From positions 200,446,001-200,510,000 of the forward strand of contig NC_042998.1 of assembly GCF_006345805.1 (NCBI RefSeq): DNA of 64,000 nt, read 5' to 3'. The position numbers and the translations under genes were made by a program. Below, in pieces: positions 24,085 to 38,479 of this stretch. Numbering within the stretch: the first letter of the stretch is position 1; every line of letters starts with the position of its first letter. The DNA is from Octopus sinensis (taxonomy: Eukaryota). The notes beneath the pieces were generated by a model. It was not told the origin of the DNA. It saw nothing but the letters and a program-made list of their open reading frames with translations, and did no database searches.

Positions 24085-25812
24085 TATGTATATATTATGG
24101 ATTTGGAAATCAGAAATTCATTTCATATTTAATCTAAATGAATCAATTCTGTACTTCATTTTCTTGAATTTAAGCCGTTGTCCTCTCAAATGTGACATTA
24201 TACTATTTTCGATTTTGCGTGGAGCCAAATTCACAAAAATCTATGTACCTGGAAATAATAAATGACTCATGAGATTTTTTTTATTATTCCTCGGTCAATC
24301 TGAGTGAGAAGAAAATCACAAAAATCTACCCGTAATGTCATTCATGTATTTACCGTTTCTATAGATGACATCGGCAACGCAGTATGACAGATTTGTTTTA
24401 TAAGTTTACATTTAAACAACGAGACTCCTGCTTTAGTCCTTTGGGGTGGCATATTGGGCAGTTGCCACTATCTACAAATTTGGTTCAAATTATGAGGGAA
24501 ATTATATGAAATTCATACATACTCCATCACACGACGTTTATCTGAAATCCAAATTTGCGGCCTTGTAATATGCTGCATCATATTACTTTTGGCTGGGAGT
24601 TATGCTAACAATAAATGTACCCGTGGAAAGTTTAGCCACTTACATGCTTGAAATAAAGTATTATGTAATTCAGTTGACTGAACAACATGAACGATCTTCG
24701 TCAGAACTGATACAAGGTAGACGTGTAAAAAAATTACACAAATTGCATCATATTTCAATCTAACAATAGGTGTCGGTTTATTTATCCCAGTCTGTATTGT
24801 GTATAAAATTGATAGAACCCATTTCGCAAACATGGTTTTCTATTATGTGAGGAGAGAACGATGAACAAATAGGAGGTTATCATTGCGTTTTAATACTGGC
24901 AGAGATAACAATTCAATGAATGAGTTGAATGGAAACGGTCAGATAGACCTTGAGGTTTTATGGCAATCATATTGTCAGCCGAGTAAAAATGGGAAACTTA
25001 TTGCAACGGAATATTAGCTGAGAAATTTCTTGCACAATTTATCAAAGTGTGGTAAATGCATACATCAGTGTGCGAAACTTTCTGTTGGAGATTGTGAAGG
25101 CAGAGGTAATTGCAGTGGTTGTAAAGAAATAAATTCATATGAGAGATCAGCTCGGATCGCCTCAAATGGAAAAAGACCTATGATCAAATGCAATAGTGAA
25201 GATAAGGAGTTATTTTATTTTTAGCCTAAGGGTATCGAGGGTTGCATTATCTAACGCGTACTAGCTTATATAATATGAAAGATTTTGATCTGATAGATAT
25301 AAACTTCTATTTATAGCAGGCCGCACATACATCCGAGATTTTACTCCATTAATCCGTAAGGTACTCCTTGAAGTCACGTTGTTTTGAGAATCAGTATTCG
25401 CATTGTATTCAGCTATGTAATCGTTTTATAATAATTTAAACGGAGATTAAAATCATTTCATAGCAATTTCACATCTGCTTAACTCCATTTATATGCGGAA
25501 ACTATCCATGCTATACAGTGTAACTAAAACAATAAAAAGGAGATCGAAGAAGGAAAAATATTTAAAATGTAAATAATGACACTAATATAAATCAATTTAC
25601 ACCATATTCGCTTACGGATGGATAGACGCAGGCAATATTCTGCCACGAGGCATCACATTTATGAATGCATATTTACAACTAATGCCACATGAACTTCAGC
25701 TACATTGTAAATATTGTACTGCTTCCAAAATTGCTTAAACACAAATTACCATTTTAATCCGGGAATCGATGCATAGTAGAAATATTTTATCACTTGAGAA
25801 ACAATGCTACGC

Positions 25813-25854
<42 letters not shown>

Positions 25855-25946
25855 AACATATATATTTATGTATGTGTGTGTGTGTAGGTGTGTGGGCGTA
25901 TCTATATATATACATGCACATATACACATATATACGAATGTATATG

Positions 25947-25984
<38 letters not shown>

Positions 25985-26032
25985 TGTTTGCATGCATATA
26001 TGTATGAATACGTGTGTATATTTATCCCTCTT

Positions 26033-26064
<32 letters not shown>

Positions 26065-26083
26065 GATATGTATATCTAGCTCC

Positions 26084-26147
<64 letters not shown>

Positions 26148-26718
26148 GTATATGATCTCTGTATTTCTCTCTATCTCTCTCTCTCTATGTATATAATGAA
26201 TAATAAATAAATCAATCACTTAAACATAGGGTGTACAAAATGCAGAAAATAATGAAAATTACCAAATCTATAAGCAATAGCATTAACATCAAGAATACCA
26301 CAAACACAAACAAGAAAGCATCGCACCATCACGACAATAACACCAATAAGAACGTTAAAACATTCAATAAGACAACAAAAATAGTATAAATGGACGCATA
26401 AGCCATTTTGAAATGGTGATATTAAGAAAGAAAAATGAGATAGTTGAAAAAGAACAGAATGTTTGATCAGAAAGCATTAAAATCGATGAAACCGGTGAGT
26501 GGGGCGGAATTGATCTTCGAAAGCTATTGAATTGAAAATAATGGGCGTGAAGATGGTAGAGGATACGAGAGAGAGAAAGACAAAGACAAACAATAAATCA
26601 GTGCTACGTTACAAAATGTTTAAATTCGATTATGTATGAGAATATTTAAGAAAAGAGAACACATTTACATGATTATGTGAATAGGTATACATACATACAT
26701 ATATATATATATACATAC

Positions 26719-26808
<90 letters not shown>

Positions 26809-27468
26809 TATATATATATACACATATATACATGCATGCATCTACACATTCATATATATATATATATATATATATGTATATGCATATATAAGTCTTAGTT
26901 TTTGCGTGTGTTTGTCTGTGCATGAGAATGTTCTTTCACGGATACAGAAATTATTCGGTTGAGGTATGACAATAAAGTATGGATAATTCAATATGGTGTG
27001 TTCTTTTGATATCTTTCTTGTAATCTCTCCGCACCACTACCATCAACTTATTATTACTCCACTACCTCCACTTATATTATTCTGCTGTATATACATGATT
27101 TGCTCGTTCTCTACACGCACACACACACACGTATATATATATATATATATTATATATATATATATATATATGCATATAAGAAGAACCTACCAGAATTGCC
27201 TTATGACAATATATTAATATATTTATCTATTCATATATTACACATAAGTGAAAGAGTGGTTGAAGGAATTCACGACATTATTTATTGAAAATATTTCTGA
27301 GTTTTAAAGGATACCAGTAATTAGAGGGAAGCGCTGAATCAATTTTACCCCAAGATCCAAACTCTTTGACTTATAGTGCAGTGTGCGCATGTATAAACAT
27401 ATGCATGGGCATACAGAATGTATAGCTACTTGTAACTTATATGCGTGAGAATGGGTATATATATATAT

Positions 27469-27668
27469 AGTTAATCCAAACAAGAAAACACAAAAAAATC
27501 ACAACAACGCGAGGACGTGGAACAAATATAGTATTATTGGACGCTCAAGAAAGAAGGGAAGAAGGAGGGTTTAACGTCTCGAGCGGAGCTCTTCATCGAA
27601 AACATAGGAAAAGGAAAGATCCAGAGAAGGGAAGACAGAGGAAAAAAACGGTACACACGAAGTCACAT
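27469..27668 (-). mobile_element. Short repeat family E (copy 1) with hammerhead-like motif
   Basis: Homologous to 31741-31940. Minus strand gttt-TCGATGA-a-gagc tcc gctc-GAGACGT-T-aaac. The 3' end abuts (TA)n. Confidence 0.7.
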
Positions 27669-28186
27669 ATTGTTGGCATGCTTTTAGTTTCAAAAGACAA
27701 ATGAGTTGCACGTAAATTAATCTAGTCCGGCTTTTACATTTCATGTCCTAATACATCTCTTGCTGTGGCTGTGTAGTCCTATCCTGGACAAACACTCCCT
27801 CTGTCATGTGCCGCAAACGTAGCGAAGACTTTGCCTGGCTGGTTGTAAAGTCAGAGTTTCTTGTATATATGTATGTTTGTGTATCAGTGCATATAGTGTA
27901 CTCTGAGTGTGTAACTATGAGTTGTTCTATATCAGTGTCTACTTCTATGCGAAGACATGCTAAAATGGTTCAGAAATTCTCTCCAAGACCATGAGGTACG
28001 GGTTTGTAGTGTGCAGCATCTTCGGAAAATATATCATACCGTGCGCTTGATTTGAACCACAGTTCGAATAACATTGGGTCACCCTAAGATTTGAGGGTGC
28101 CCATAATACACATTGTAATTTGAATTCAGTAACTAACATTTCTATCTATCTATCAATCTATCTATCTATCTATCTATCTATCTATA

Positions 28187-28228
<42 letters not shown>

Positions 28229-28261
28229 GCTAGCTAGCTAGCTAGTAAACTATATTCTTTT

Positions 28262-28470
28262 ATTCTTTTACTTGTTTCAGACATTTGACTGTGACCATGC
28301 TGGAGAATGAACTTAAAGGGTGTTAGTGGGAGAAATCAACCCCAGGACTTATTCTTTGCAAACCTGGTACTTACTCTATCGGTAGCATTTGCTGAACCGC
28401 TAGTTTACGCAGACATAAACATACCTGCATCTGTTGCCAAGTGATGGCGGTGGGGGACAAACACACACAA
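28262..28470 (-). mobile_element. SINE family C, 3' half
   Basis: cttgtttcagacatttgactgtgaccatgctggag..aggacttattctttg..gggacaaacacacac. Confidence 0.7.
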
Positions 28471-28793
28471 ATATATACGTATACAATTATTATTATTATT
28501 GTTTTTTAGTATTTATATTCGTATTATTCTTGTACGTATATTCGTGTAACATCGTCCGTTTTCCGTCCTTGTTTCGTATGCATTCGATACATTTTCCAAG
28601 GAATCTGATGCTCTTAGCTTAGTTTTTCCTTGCAGCTGGGGAGATTGGAGCAATATAAAGATTAATCAGCCGAAATTGCGAGGATGATCCGGTACTTGAC
28701 TGAAGATTAAAGGCTTCGAATGACCCGTCCGCGTTTTTTGTATCGTCTATTTGGATGTTTTGCGTTCTTGTCCCATTTTTTATTTTATATATG

Positions 28794-28855
<62 letters not shown>

Positions 28856-29386
28856 GCGGCGTACGTACACTTTGTTATCTTATACATACATACACACACC
28901 CACATATATATATGTATGTGTGTGTGTAGTAGTGGGATATTCCTTTTAAATTTTATACCCTATATGAATAGAACTGTTAACCCCTCTATCATTATACATG
29001 GCTATATATTCCATCGAATTGGTCAGCTGCACTGCAGATCTAAGCACCTGTTTCTAAGTAAATTTCTTCGAAAGCTGAGCTTCTCTAACCTGAACAGGAA
29101 TAAATATTTATATCAATATAATTGCTAACGCACAAGGTTATATGGAAAATACTTAAATGACAATTTGGGGAAGTTATATTTTCATGTAAGGAAATGAACT
29201 GCCATTTACTTTGAGAATAAGTGATTGGATGTGTAAGACACAGAGTTATATATACAATTTATAAGTAAAAAAAAGGCAAGAAAATTAAACAGTTTTACGA
29301 GTAATATTTATACTTGTTTTATCCAAATTTCCTTCGCTGGAAACCATCTTTAGATTTATCGGAATAGTCCCAATAATTATTAGATA

Positions 29387-29690
<304 letters not shown>

Positions 29691-29844
29691 GTCTCTTCAT
29701 ATGTGTATATACCAATATATATATTTAGAGAGAGAGATTTGTGTATACACAGATGCATATACACGCTCGCCCCTACTTACATAAATATATATATACACCT
29801 ACGCATCGTGAGGAAACACGTCACAATATTTAACCGTATCATTT

Positions 29845-30055
29845 AGGCGGCAAGATGGCAGAATTTTTACCGCACCGGTCAAAATGCTTAGCGGCATTTC
29901 GTCCATCATTATGTATTGAGCTGATATTCCACTGACGTCGACTGTGATTTTAATCCGTTCGGGTCGATAAAATAAAGTACCAGTATAAATCTGGGCAAGC
30001 GGTTTCCCCCTCTCCCAAAATTACTGGGCTTGTGCCAAAATTTGAGACCAATATG
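29845..30055 (+). mobile_element. Diverged SINE family B
   Basis: ggcggcaagatggcagaa..aaatgcttagcggcatttcgtcc..gggtcgataaaataaagtaccag. Confidence 0.7.
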
Positions 30056-30524
30056 TAACATCATTATTTGTTGTTCAGCGTCAACGTCATACGTTTCGGT
30101 CAATCAGTTTGCGTTACCAGATCAAGATCATATGCACAGACGTGTCATTTTACGCTACTAATTGCAAGAAATTATTATTTCGAGAATAGATGATACACGA
30201 CACCTGTCGCGGCTACTTCTAAGATCCTCCTTAAGTGTCCACGAAAGCCAGCCATAGTTGAACAAATTTGATCCCAATTAGGAAACAGACTTTGCTCTCC
30301 GTACCCCACTCTTCCGTTCGTCGCATTTTAATGCTGCGTTTTTAGTGTGATACTTTTCACACTCTTCAAAATAGATCGGCATAGTTAGAACATCATTTTA
30401 TCCACGATATTGCATCAAGTGCGTTAGTTTTCCAAATTTGCACTCGAATGTTGCACATCTCCAGATTCAATTGGAGTCTATCTCTATATGTCAGTGTCAA
30501 TTTCTATTAATTGTATATATATAT

Positions 30525-30564
<40 letters not shown>

Positions 30565-30683
30565 TATGTGTATGTACAAGTATTTATCATTTTTGATGAT
30601 TTATGTTCTAAGAACTAATAACTTCAACGAATGACTTTGAAATGCTTCAGATATTTGACATTTGATTTTGTGGCCAGACATCA

Positions 30684-30714
<31 letters not shown>

Positions 30715-30730
30715 GTGTGTGTGTGTGTGT

Positions 30731-30778
<48 letters not shown>

Positions 30779-31295
30779 ATAAGCAACCGGTCTAACCTCA
30801 GGAAATTAGTAAAGATAAGTGCAGATGCAGACATAGGTGTATACATAAATAGAGAAACACACGAATACACAGCCATACAACTGCGTCCCACCACCCGCTA
30901 CATACATAGACACTTATTATAAATAGAAATGTACTAAAGATAATAAAAAGAGAGAGAACTCTTGTGTCGAAGAGTTTAAGTCTCTGAAAACAGTCTAGAT
31001 GAACAAAAGACAATGTGAAGTATACGGACATGTGAAGGCATTTGCAAAATGCCGCTGGCTGAAATATGTTGAGTGCTTCCATAAAAAAAAAATAAATTAA
31101 AATAAATAAAATGAAAAAAAATGAGAAGTAACTGAATATTGCAACACATGGTAAGAGTAGGGTGATGAACGATATAGATATTAATGCAGCCATTTGCTAT
31201 TGGCAACAAATAGATAAGTCGACATCTGCCTGGTTACCTGTCTGATTGTCTTTTTTTACTCTATATCTCCCTTTGTCTCCCTCTCTTTCTCTCAC

Positions 31296-31330
<35 letters not shown>

Positions 31331-31492
31331 CTCTGTCCTTCTCCTTATATACGCGTGTGTATGCCTGTGTACCTGTTTCTGTAACTATATTACATATCTA
31401 TCCCTTAATTCAATCACGTACTTATGTCCACCCAACCTTAACCCACCTCTCTCTTTGTGTCTGTGTATAATATATATGTTTGTTTTTGTTTT

Positions 31493-31694
31493 TCCAGTTT
31501 CAGCTCTTGAGCTGTGGCCATGCTGGGGCACCGCCATTGTGGTGAAAGAGTACAGCAGGGATCACCACCCCCTGCCAGAGCCTCGTAGAGCTTTTAGGTG
31601 TTTTTGCTCAATAAACACACACAACGCCCAGTCTGAGAATCGAAACCTCGATCCTGCGACCGCGAGTCCGCTGCCCTAACCACTAGGCCATTGC

Positions 31695-31695
<1 letters not shown>
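31493..31695 (-). mobile_element. SINE family A with family-C-type tail (second instance)
   Basis: Same head/tail junction as 4483-4689: gcaccgcc-att-gtggtgaaagagtacagcagggatc on the + strand. Confidence 0.8.
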
Positions 31696-31740
<45 letters not shown>

Positions 31741-31743
<3 letters not shown>

Positions 31744-31940
31744 TAATCCAAACAAGAAAGCACAAAAACACAACGCGAGGACGTGGAACAAATATAGTAT
31801 TATTGGACGCTCGGAAAAGAAGGAAAGAAGGAAGGTTTAACGTTTCGAGCGGAGCTCTTCGTCGGAAACAAAGAAGAAAGAAAGATCCAGAGAAGGAGGA
31901 CTGAGGAAAAATTATCGACAACGGTACACACGAGTCACAT
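31741..31940 (-). mobile_element. Short repeat family E (copy 2) with hammerhead-like motif
   Basis: Minus strand gttt-CCGACGA-a-gagc tcc gctc-GAAACGT-T-aaac at about 31834-31870. The 3' end abuts (TA)n. Confidence 0.75.
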
Positions 31941-34506
31941 TTTGAAATGTGACATGTGTATACATGTATTATATATATATATATTATATATATATATAAT
32001 ATATATACATGTATACATATATACATACCTACATACATATAAGCGTATAGATGTGTGTGCGTGTGCATGCATGGAGATTGGTAGATAGATAACTAGATAG
32101 AAAGAGAGGGAGCGAGAAAGAAAGAGATAGAGGAGGTATATGCAGGGCGTGTCTCATTCTCTATAATGGTTTTACTCCAGACCCTGCTGTTCATCATTTA
32201 ATTATGGTAAATTTTAACATTTGAAACCTAATGGAGACGTCCATAAGTAGCAACTTTGCCCACCAATCTGAAATACCCTCCCGCATGAATGATTAAATTA
32301 TAGATTTTGGCAAGCCTAATCTTTATGTTACTCAGTCGTGAGATTCCACCTGCGTGAAATTGTTGAAAAATAATTTTGTCGCACACAGCAATTCCGAAAA
32401 CATAGGCACTTGTATGGTGAAAGAATTTCTTTACCTTGACATGCTACCACCATTCATCTCTGATCACAGAATTGCGTCGTCTACTGACTGAGAGCCCTCT
32501 CTATATCTCTAACTCGCCCCATGGTTGGCTTTGGGGTATTACGTATATTACCATATCGTCCTATTGAATACTACAATTCAAATTATACCATCTGCCGTTG
32601 ATCCTCAATTTTCATTTACACAACCTCTATACCTCACATGAAATCTACACTGATTCAATTAACATTGATCTCGAAATCATTCTTCAATAACACCATGTCC
32701 GTTTATTTATTTTTCAGCAAGACAAATATAATAACTTCAGATAATCAAGAAAACTGTATCATAGCTCAGCTTGCTCACATGAGCAGTGTGCAACTGTTGA
32801 AGATGAATATCATCACCAGATTTTACTGGTATGTATGATTGTATAGGAAGTCACTCAAATATATCACTAGAGGTTGTGAAACATAGTTTGCATAAAATAA
32901 TTTTATTGTTATCCAAGCATGTAATTGTAGAACATGAGAAAAATTACTTATTTAACTTCCTAAATATATACTATAAGTAGAGTTCCTTGTAAGAATTAAA
33001 TCCTATCGTCCATCTTGTTTTACAGCCCAAAGAAGCAAGATGCACTGTCGTAATTCCTTATGCTTTAAAAACTAAAGCTATGCTAACCACAGGGAAATAG
33101 ATCTCATATCCTGATGCAAAGCCATATTAGAGAATGCAACATTCACATATCATGATTTTCAGAAATTGGATCTCCTGGAATTATACTTATTTTAATGTTT
33201 TTGTGGAGTTACTGGAACGCTATACAAAATGCAACATATCATATATACGATTTTTAATGTTTAAGAAGTGTACAAATTGTGTTTATTTCTTTTATAACGG
33301 CATTTTCAATGCAAGCAACAGGAAATGGTACCTACAGGGACAAGCGAGAAAGGACAATGATACGTTATGTTGTAAAACTAAAACAAAGCCAGGTTAAACA
33401 TAAAACAATACCAGGATTTATGGCTTCCTTTGGTTTTACATTGTGAACAAGATTCAGTTGAGCTGGGATGTACAAGAGGATGAGAAATAGGATTAACGTT
33501 TATACGCTGGGAATGGGAATCTGTTTAAGGCGTTTGCATTTTTTTATGAGGGTAACACCATATTCTACACCATTTCAATACACTGTGATGTCAAGAATAT
33601 CAATCAGATCATCTGAAATGCTACATTTTAAACAAATTCTGAACAGAAAGATGAGTATAGGGGGATAAAAATTTATTTAGGAGTATCTTTGCGTTTCTGC
33701 TCTATTTCTATTGAGGGGACCACGACCTATCTATACGTGTCTGCCTGTCTAACTGTCTCTTTCCCCTCTCTCCTTTCTCTCTCTTACTACCTTCTCTTTC
33801 CCATCTATTCTTTCGTTTATCTCCCCCTTCCTTTATCTCTCCCCTCCCTTTTCTCTCACTTCCTTTATCTCTCTGGATTAATATGTGTGTGTTTGTGTTT
33901 GTGTGTTTGCGATCCACAAAAAGAATCGATTAAAACATAAAAGGAATTATGTGTTGAAATACACTTGCCATGCGTTAGAACATCGTTATTTAGAGACCCC
34001 AAGGTAAATGGTTTTGTGTGAAGAATAATGCAACAAGTGTGGCTGAATAAGTCTGAGGTAGTCTGCTGAAGTGCCTCTCTGACATATTCAACGACACATA
34101 CTGCATCATATTTACCACGGAAGAACTTAGATGCAATGTGATTACAATCAGCTGTAATGGACAATTAAAGTGTTCTAAATACATTTTTCAACGGAGCTTA
34201 ACATTTAGGTTATTCTTCGAAATACTAACACACTTGTTTTGCTCGTGAGGTACGGAGATTTCTCACACCAGTTCCAGTATTTGAATGAAGATAGCCGACA
34301 GTTCATGTCGACAGGAAAACATCAAATTCGTAACTTAGCAGGATATCAAGGCCCAAAGCAATGTCTGTTTCCCAAGCGCAAAACTGTTACACATGCATGT
34401 TCTTACTTCATCTGTCTCTATGCCTTTGCCTTCTGTTTTCTGTACATTTGAACTATACAGACGCACAGACACAACTACACACACACACACAAAATAAATT
34501 TAAGAC

Positions 34507-34720
34507 GGCGAGCCTGCCTAATCATTAGCTTGCCGCACAACATGTTTCACGCCATTTCTTCCGGCTTCACGCTCAGAATTCAAATTGCACCGAAGCTGGC
34601 TTTGCCTTTCATCCTTTCGGGTTCTATAAGATAAATACCAATTGAGCACTGGGATACATGTAACTGCCTAGCCCCCCTCTCCAAAAATTCCAAGTCCTGT
34701 GCCTGTAGTACAAAGGATAT
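34507..34720 (+). mobile_element. Diverged SINE family B
   Basis: ggcgagc head and core tttgcctttcatcctttcggg..ataaataccaattgagcactggg. Confidence 0.7.
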
Positions 34721-34959
34721 ATTAAATGATACTATTAGTTAATCCTACTAATGCATTTTATTCTTTTTTGTTAAGACTCTTGTAATAAGCTGTTCATTGA
34801 GCTTGTAAAAATTGACGGTATAGTCGTATATGTTTTTATTTATTTCATTTTATTTCAATTTATTTTATTTTTGATGCGAATTTTTTTTCGGTCTCATATT
34901 AGATAATTTTAACATTTTTTTTTTGTAATGCTGGTCATAAAAAATTTAAATTTAAAATG

Positions 34960-35125
34960 TATTTCTTTATTGCCCACAAGGGGCTAAATATAGAGGGATC
35001 AAACAAGGACATACAAAGGGATTAAGTCGATTACATTGACCCCAGTGCGTGACTGGTACTTAATATATCGACCCCGAAAGGATGAAAGGCAAAGTCGATC
35101 TCGGCGGAATTTGACCTGAGAATGT
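34960..35125 (-). mobile_element. 5'-truncated SINE family B
   Basis: tatttctttattgcccacaaggggctaaa..gaccccgaaaggatgaaaggcaaagtcga on the + strand. Confidence 0.8.
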
Positions 35126-35810
35126 TGACAATTAAAATTTATATAGGGACGTGTTTCTTAAACTTTAAATAGCATTTCCGAATTGATTTGCGTTTGCGAA
35201 AGTATTTAGAAGTTGCATTTTCTGAAGAATGATGCATATTCAAGGTATAGGAACTTGCGTGTGGCTTATTGAATCTGTTACACGAATGGAACAATTATTT
35301 GCATATGCTGAGGGAGTGTATAGATTTTTCAAATTATAAGCTTTGTGCTTAACTTTTATGTGCGTTTATGTATTGTGTTCAGGACTTGTTTATCATTTAT
35401 TATGTGTATTGCTGCATAGAGTCTAGCATCTACACATGTCCCAGTGTTTTGGAGAAAAGTGGTATTTAACTTGCATTTGAGCAAAAATAGGTGGGGTGCG
35501 GGTGGACTATATACCGTGATAGACGACAGATGCGGTTTCTGCAATTTCTTGTTGAAACATCGACACAGGATTTATTTACAATGATCAAATGTTTGGTGCT
35601 GGTTATTAGTTCCGTCCCGCTAGCAAACTGACATTGTCTCTACGGGTGCGCGGTGTGCCACACATAAGATTTCAAAGTGACCGTAGAGCAACGTGAAAGG
35701 AAGTGTTTTACTAAAGACCCAAGGCATCATCCGGTCCGTGATACGCAGCCACAAACTCGTTTTCAAACAATACACAAACCAGTAGCTCATGCACCCTCAA
35801 AGGTGTGGCG

Positions 35811-36255
35811 AGATCTCTTCGTTTTGAACTGCAGTTTTTTCTAGCGGTGTCTTATGAAATTGTCACCCACAATTATGACCCTAGTATCGATCTATCGCAT
35901 TTCAATCTGTTTTAGGGTTAGGGTTAGATTTAGGGTTAGTTAGGGTTAGGGTTAGGGGTGGGGGGAAGGGTATCTTTTTTTCTTCAGAAATGTAAATAAA
36001 AACAATCTGTTTGTTAAACGAGGGACATTTTCATACAGCACATAACGTGTTCACTTCAATAGACGTCATTGATTGGTTGAAATTGCAGAAATTGAAGAAA
36101 AAAAACAACAAATGTCTTACACACTATAGAATTTTCTCAATAAAGCCAACAGAAAAAGATGTTTCATAAACACATTCTACCAGTATACGAAGTTTAAAAG
36201 TGTTTAGTTACGTGGAAATTATTTTTAAAAACTGCCGGTCAAACCGAAAAGATCC
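35811..36255. mobile_element. MITE with imperfect TIRs, 8-bp TSD and internal (TTAGGG)n
   Basis: Left end agatctcttcgttttgaactgcagtttt versus right end reverse complement ggatcttttcggtttgaccggcagtttt. Flanks gtgtggcg (35803-35810) and gtgtggca (36256-36263). Confidence 0.75.
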
Positions 36256-36632
36256 GTGTGGCACGCTGGCTGTTTAATTAACAAAGGTCTTTTAAGTTTC
36301 GAATTTTGAGTGAAGTCTTTTCCTAATTTTGCATTTCACATACTTTATACTGACGTTCGCACTGTGATGTCTGAGAGAAGGAGAGGTTAAAGCGCAGGGC
36401 GAGAAATAATTACTATTGCTTAGCAAGAGTATGTGTTTTTTTAAAGATTAAGTGCTATGGTTTATGTTTCAGTGGGGGAAGATTCCAGAATCATATATAG
36501 TGGCGTGCAATGTATTATTTGTGTCTTTATATATCATTAACCCTGCAGCAAGTAATGCGTACTACTTCTAATTCGTTCCGCACAAAACTTAGCTTACGAT
36601 ATACACACACAAACAAACACATATATGCATAT

Positions 36633-37091
<459 letters not shown>

Positions 37092-37851
37092 GAAAATGTA
37101 TGATTGCCTCTGTGTGTATGTAAACACGCATATACATATGTATATAGAATTATGTGCATTTGTGTAATTAAATTATATTCTGCGAGTCAGCGGTGGCGTT
37201 TATGAATACAATGTAGTAAGAATTGTTTTCGCCTTCAAAGTGTTTGTATTGAAACACTGAAGCGTAACAACAAACAATCACATCGTCTTCATCAGATTAA
37301 CATAGATCTTCATGTTATAATCGTCATTAAAATAAAGCTATACCAACAGGAATTTCACTAAACAATCAATAAGATAAAAACAACACACTAGTCATTTTGT
37401 TTATATGAAATATATTCCCGATAAAGGTGTGATGCCAACTAAAACAAACGTATAAACAGCCAACACGTATATGAACAGTGATGTATTCTTAATCCTTATA
37501 TCTACCTATGTTATGCCATCAAGATCTGTTTGTGTAACACCTGAATACAAATACAAAGAAGAGGGAGGATTAGAGATAAGAATGAAACTGAATTATCGAA
37601 AATTTTCTAGTACGACTTTTTTTTTTTTTACGCTATAAATTTACACTGAAACATTCACAGACTAAAACACCGACTCACTCAAACACATATGTATACATAC
37701 TTGCGTACGTTCAGATAGGTATATGTATATAAATATGCTTATACATACACATACGCACGCACACACACACACATATACACATACATACATATATATATAT
37801 ATATTATATATATGCGTTTATATACATATGTATATATACATATATTTATGT

Positions 37852-37898
<47 letters not shown>

Positions 37899-37900
37899 AT

Positions 37901-37943
<43 letters not shown>

Positions 37944-38479
37944 TATACCAGAATAAGAACATAAAAGCTAAACAAGGTGAAAAAATAGTACTCCAATACC
38001 AGAGGTAGAGTTGTATGATTTATATATATATAGAAACACACATCATTGTGTATTATACTATATTATATTATATTATATCATATTACATTACCCATATTAT
38101 ATTGCATTCTCTTATACTATAGAATTCAAATAAACGAATAGATTCCACGGACATGAGGACGTGCACAAGAAATGCATTAGCTTGAAGGTCAGTGATAGGA
38201 CAGTGTTTGACATTACGAGCATATTCCTTCGTTGGAAATCAGTGAGGTAAAAGTCCAAAGAAGCAAAAGAAATCACCAACAGCACGTGTATGTAGTTACA
38301 TTGCTGAAGGTTGTGCACTTACAACCATAAATCGCTCGCGCATACAGAGCAAAAACACGAACTGTACGTGGAGTACATTTGGAGTGTTCTCTCTGTTTCT
38401 CCATTTTCCTCCCGCTCCTCCGAAGTGTTTTCATCTCAAACACGATAGCTATGCTGTGGCACTGTCAAATAGTTTTTCT

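Noticed and set aside
35912-35970. True telomere or chromosome-fusion scar
   Set aside because: Only about eight imperfect units, embedded inside a TIR-bounded repeat.
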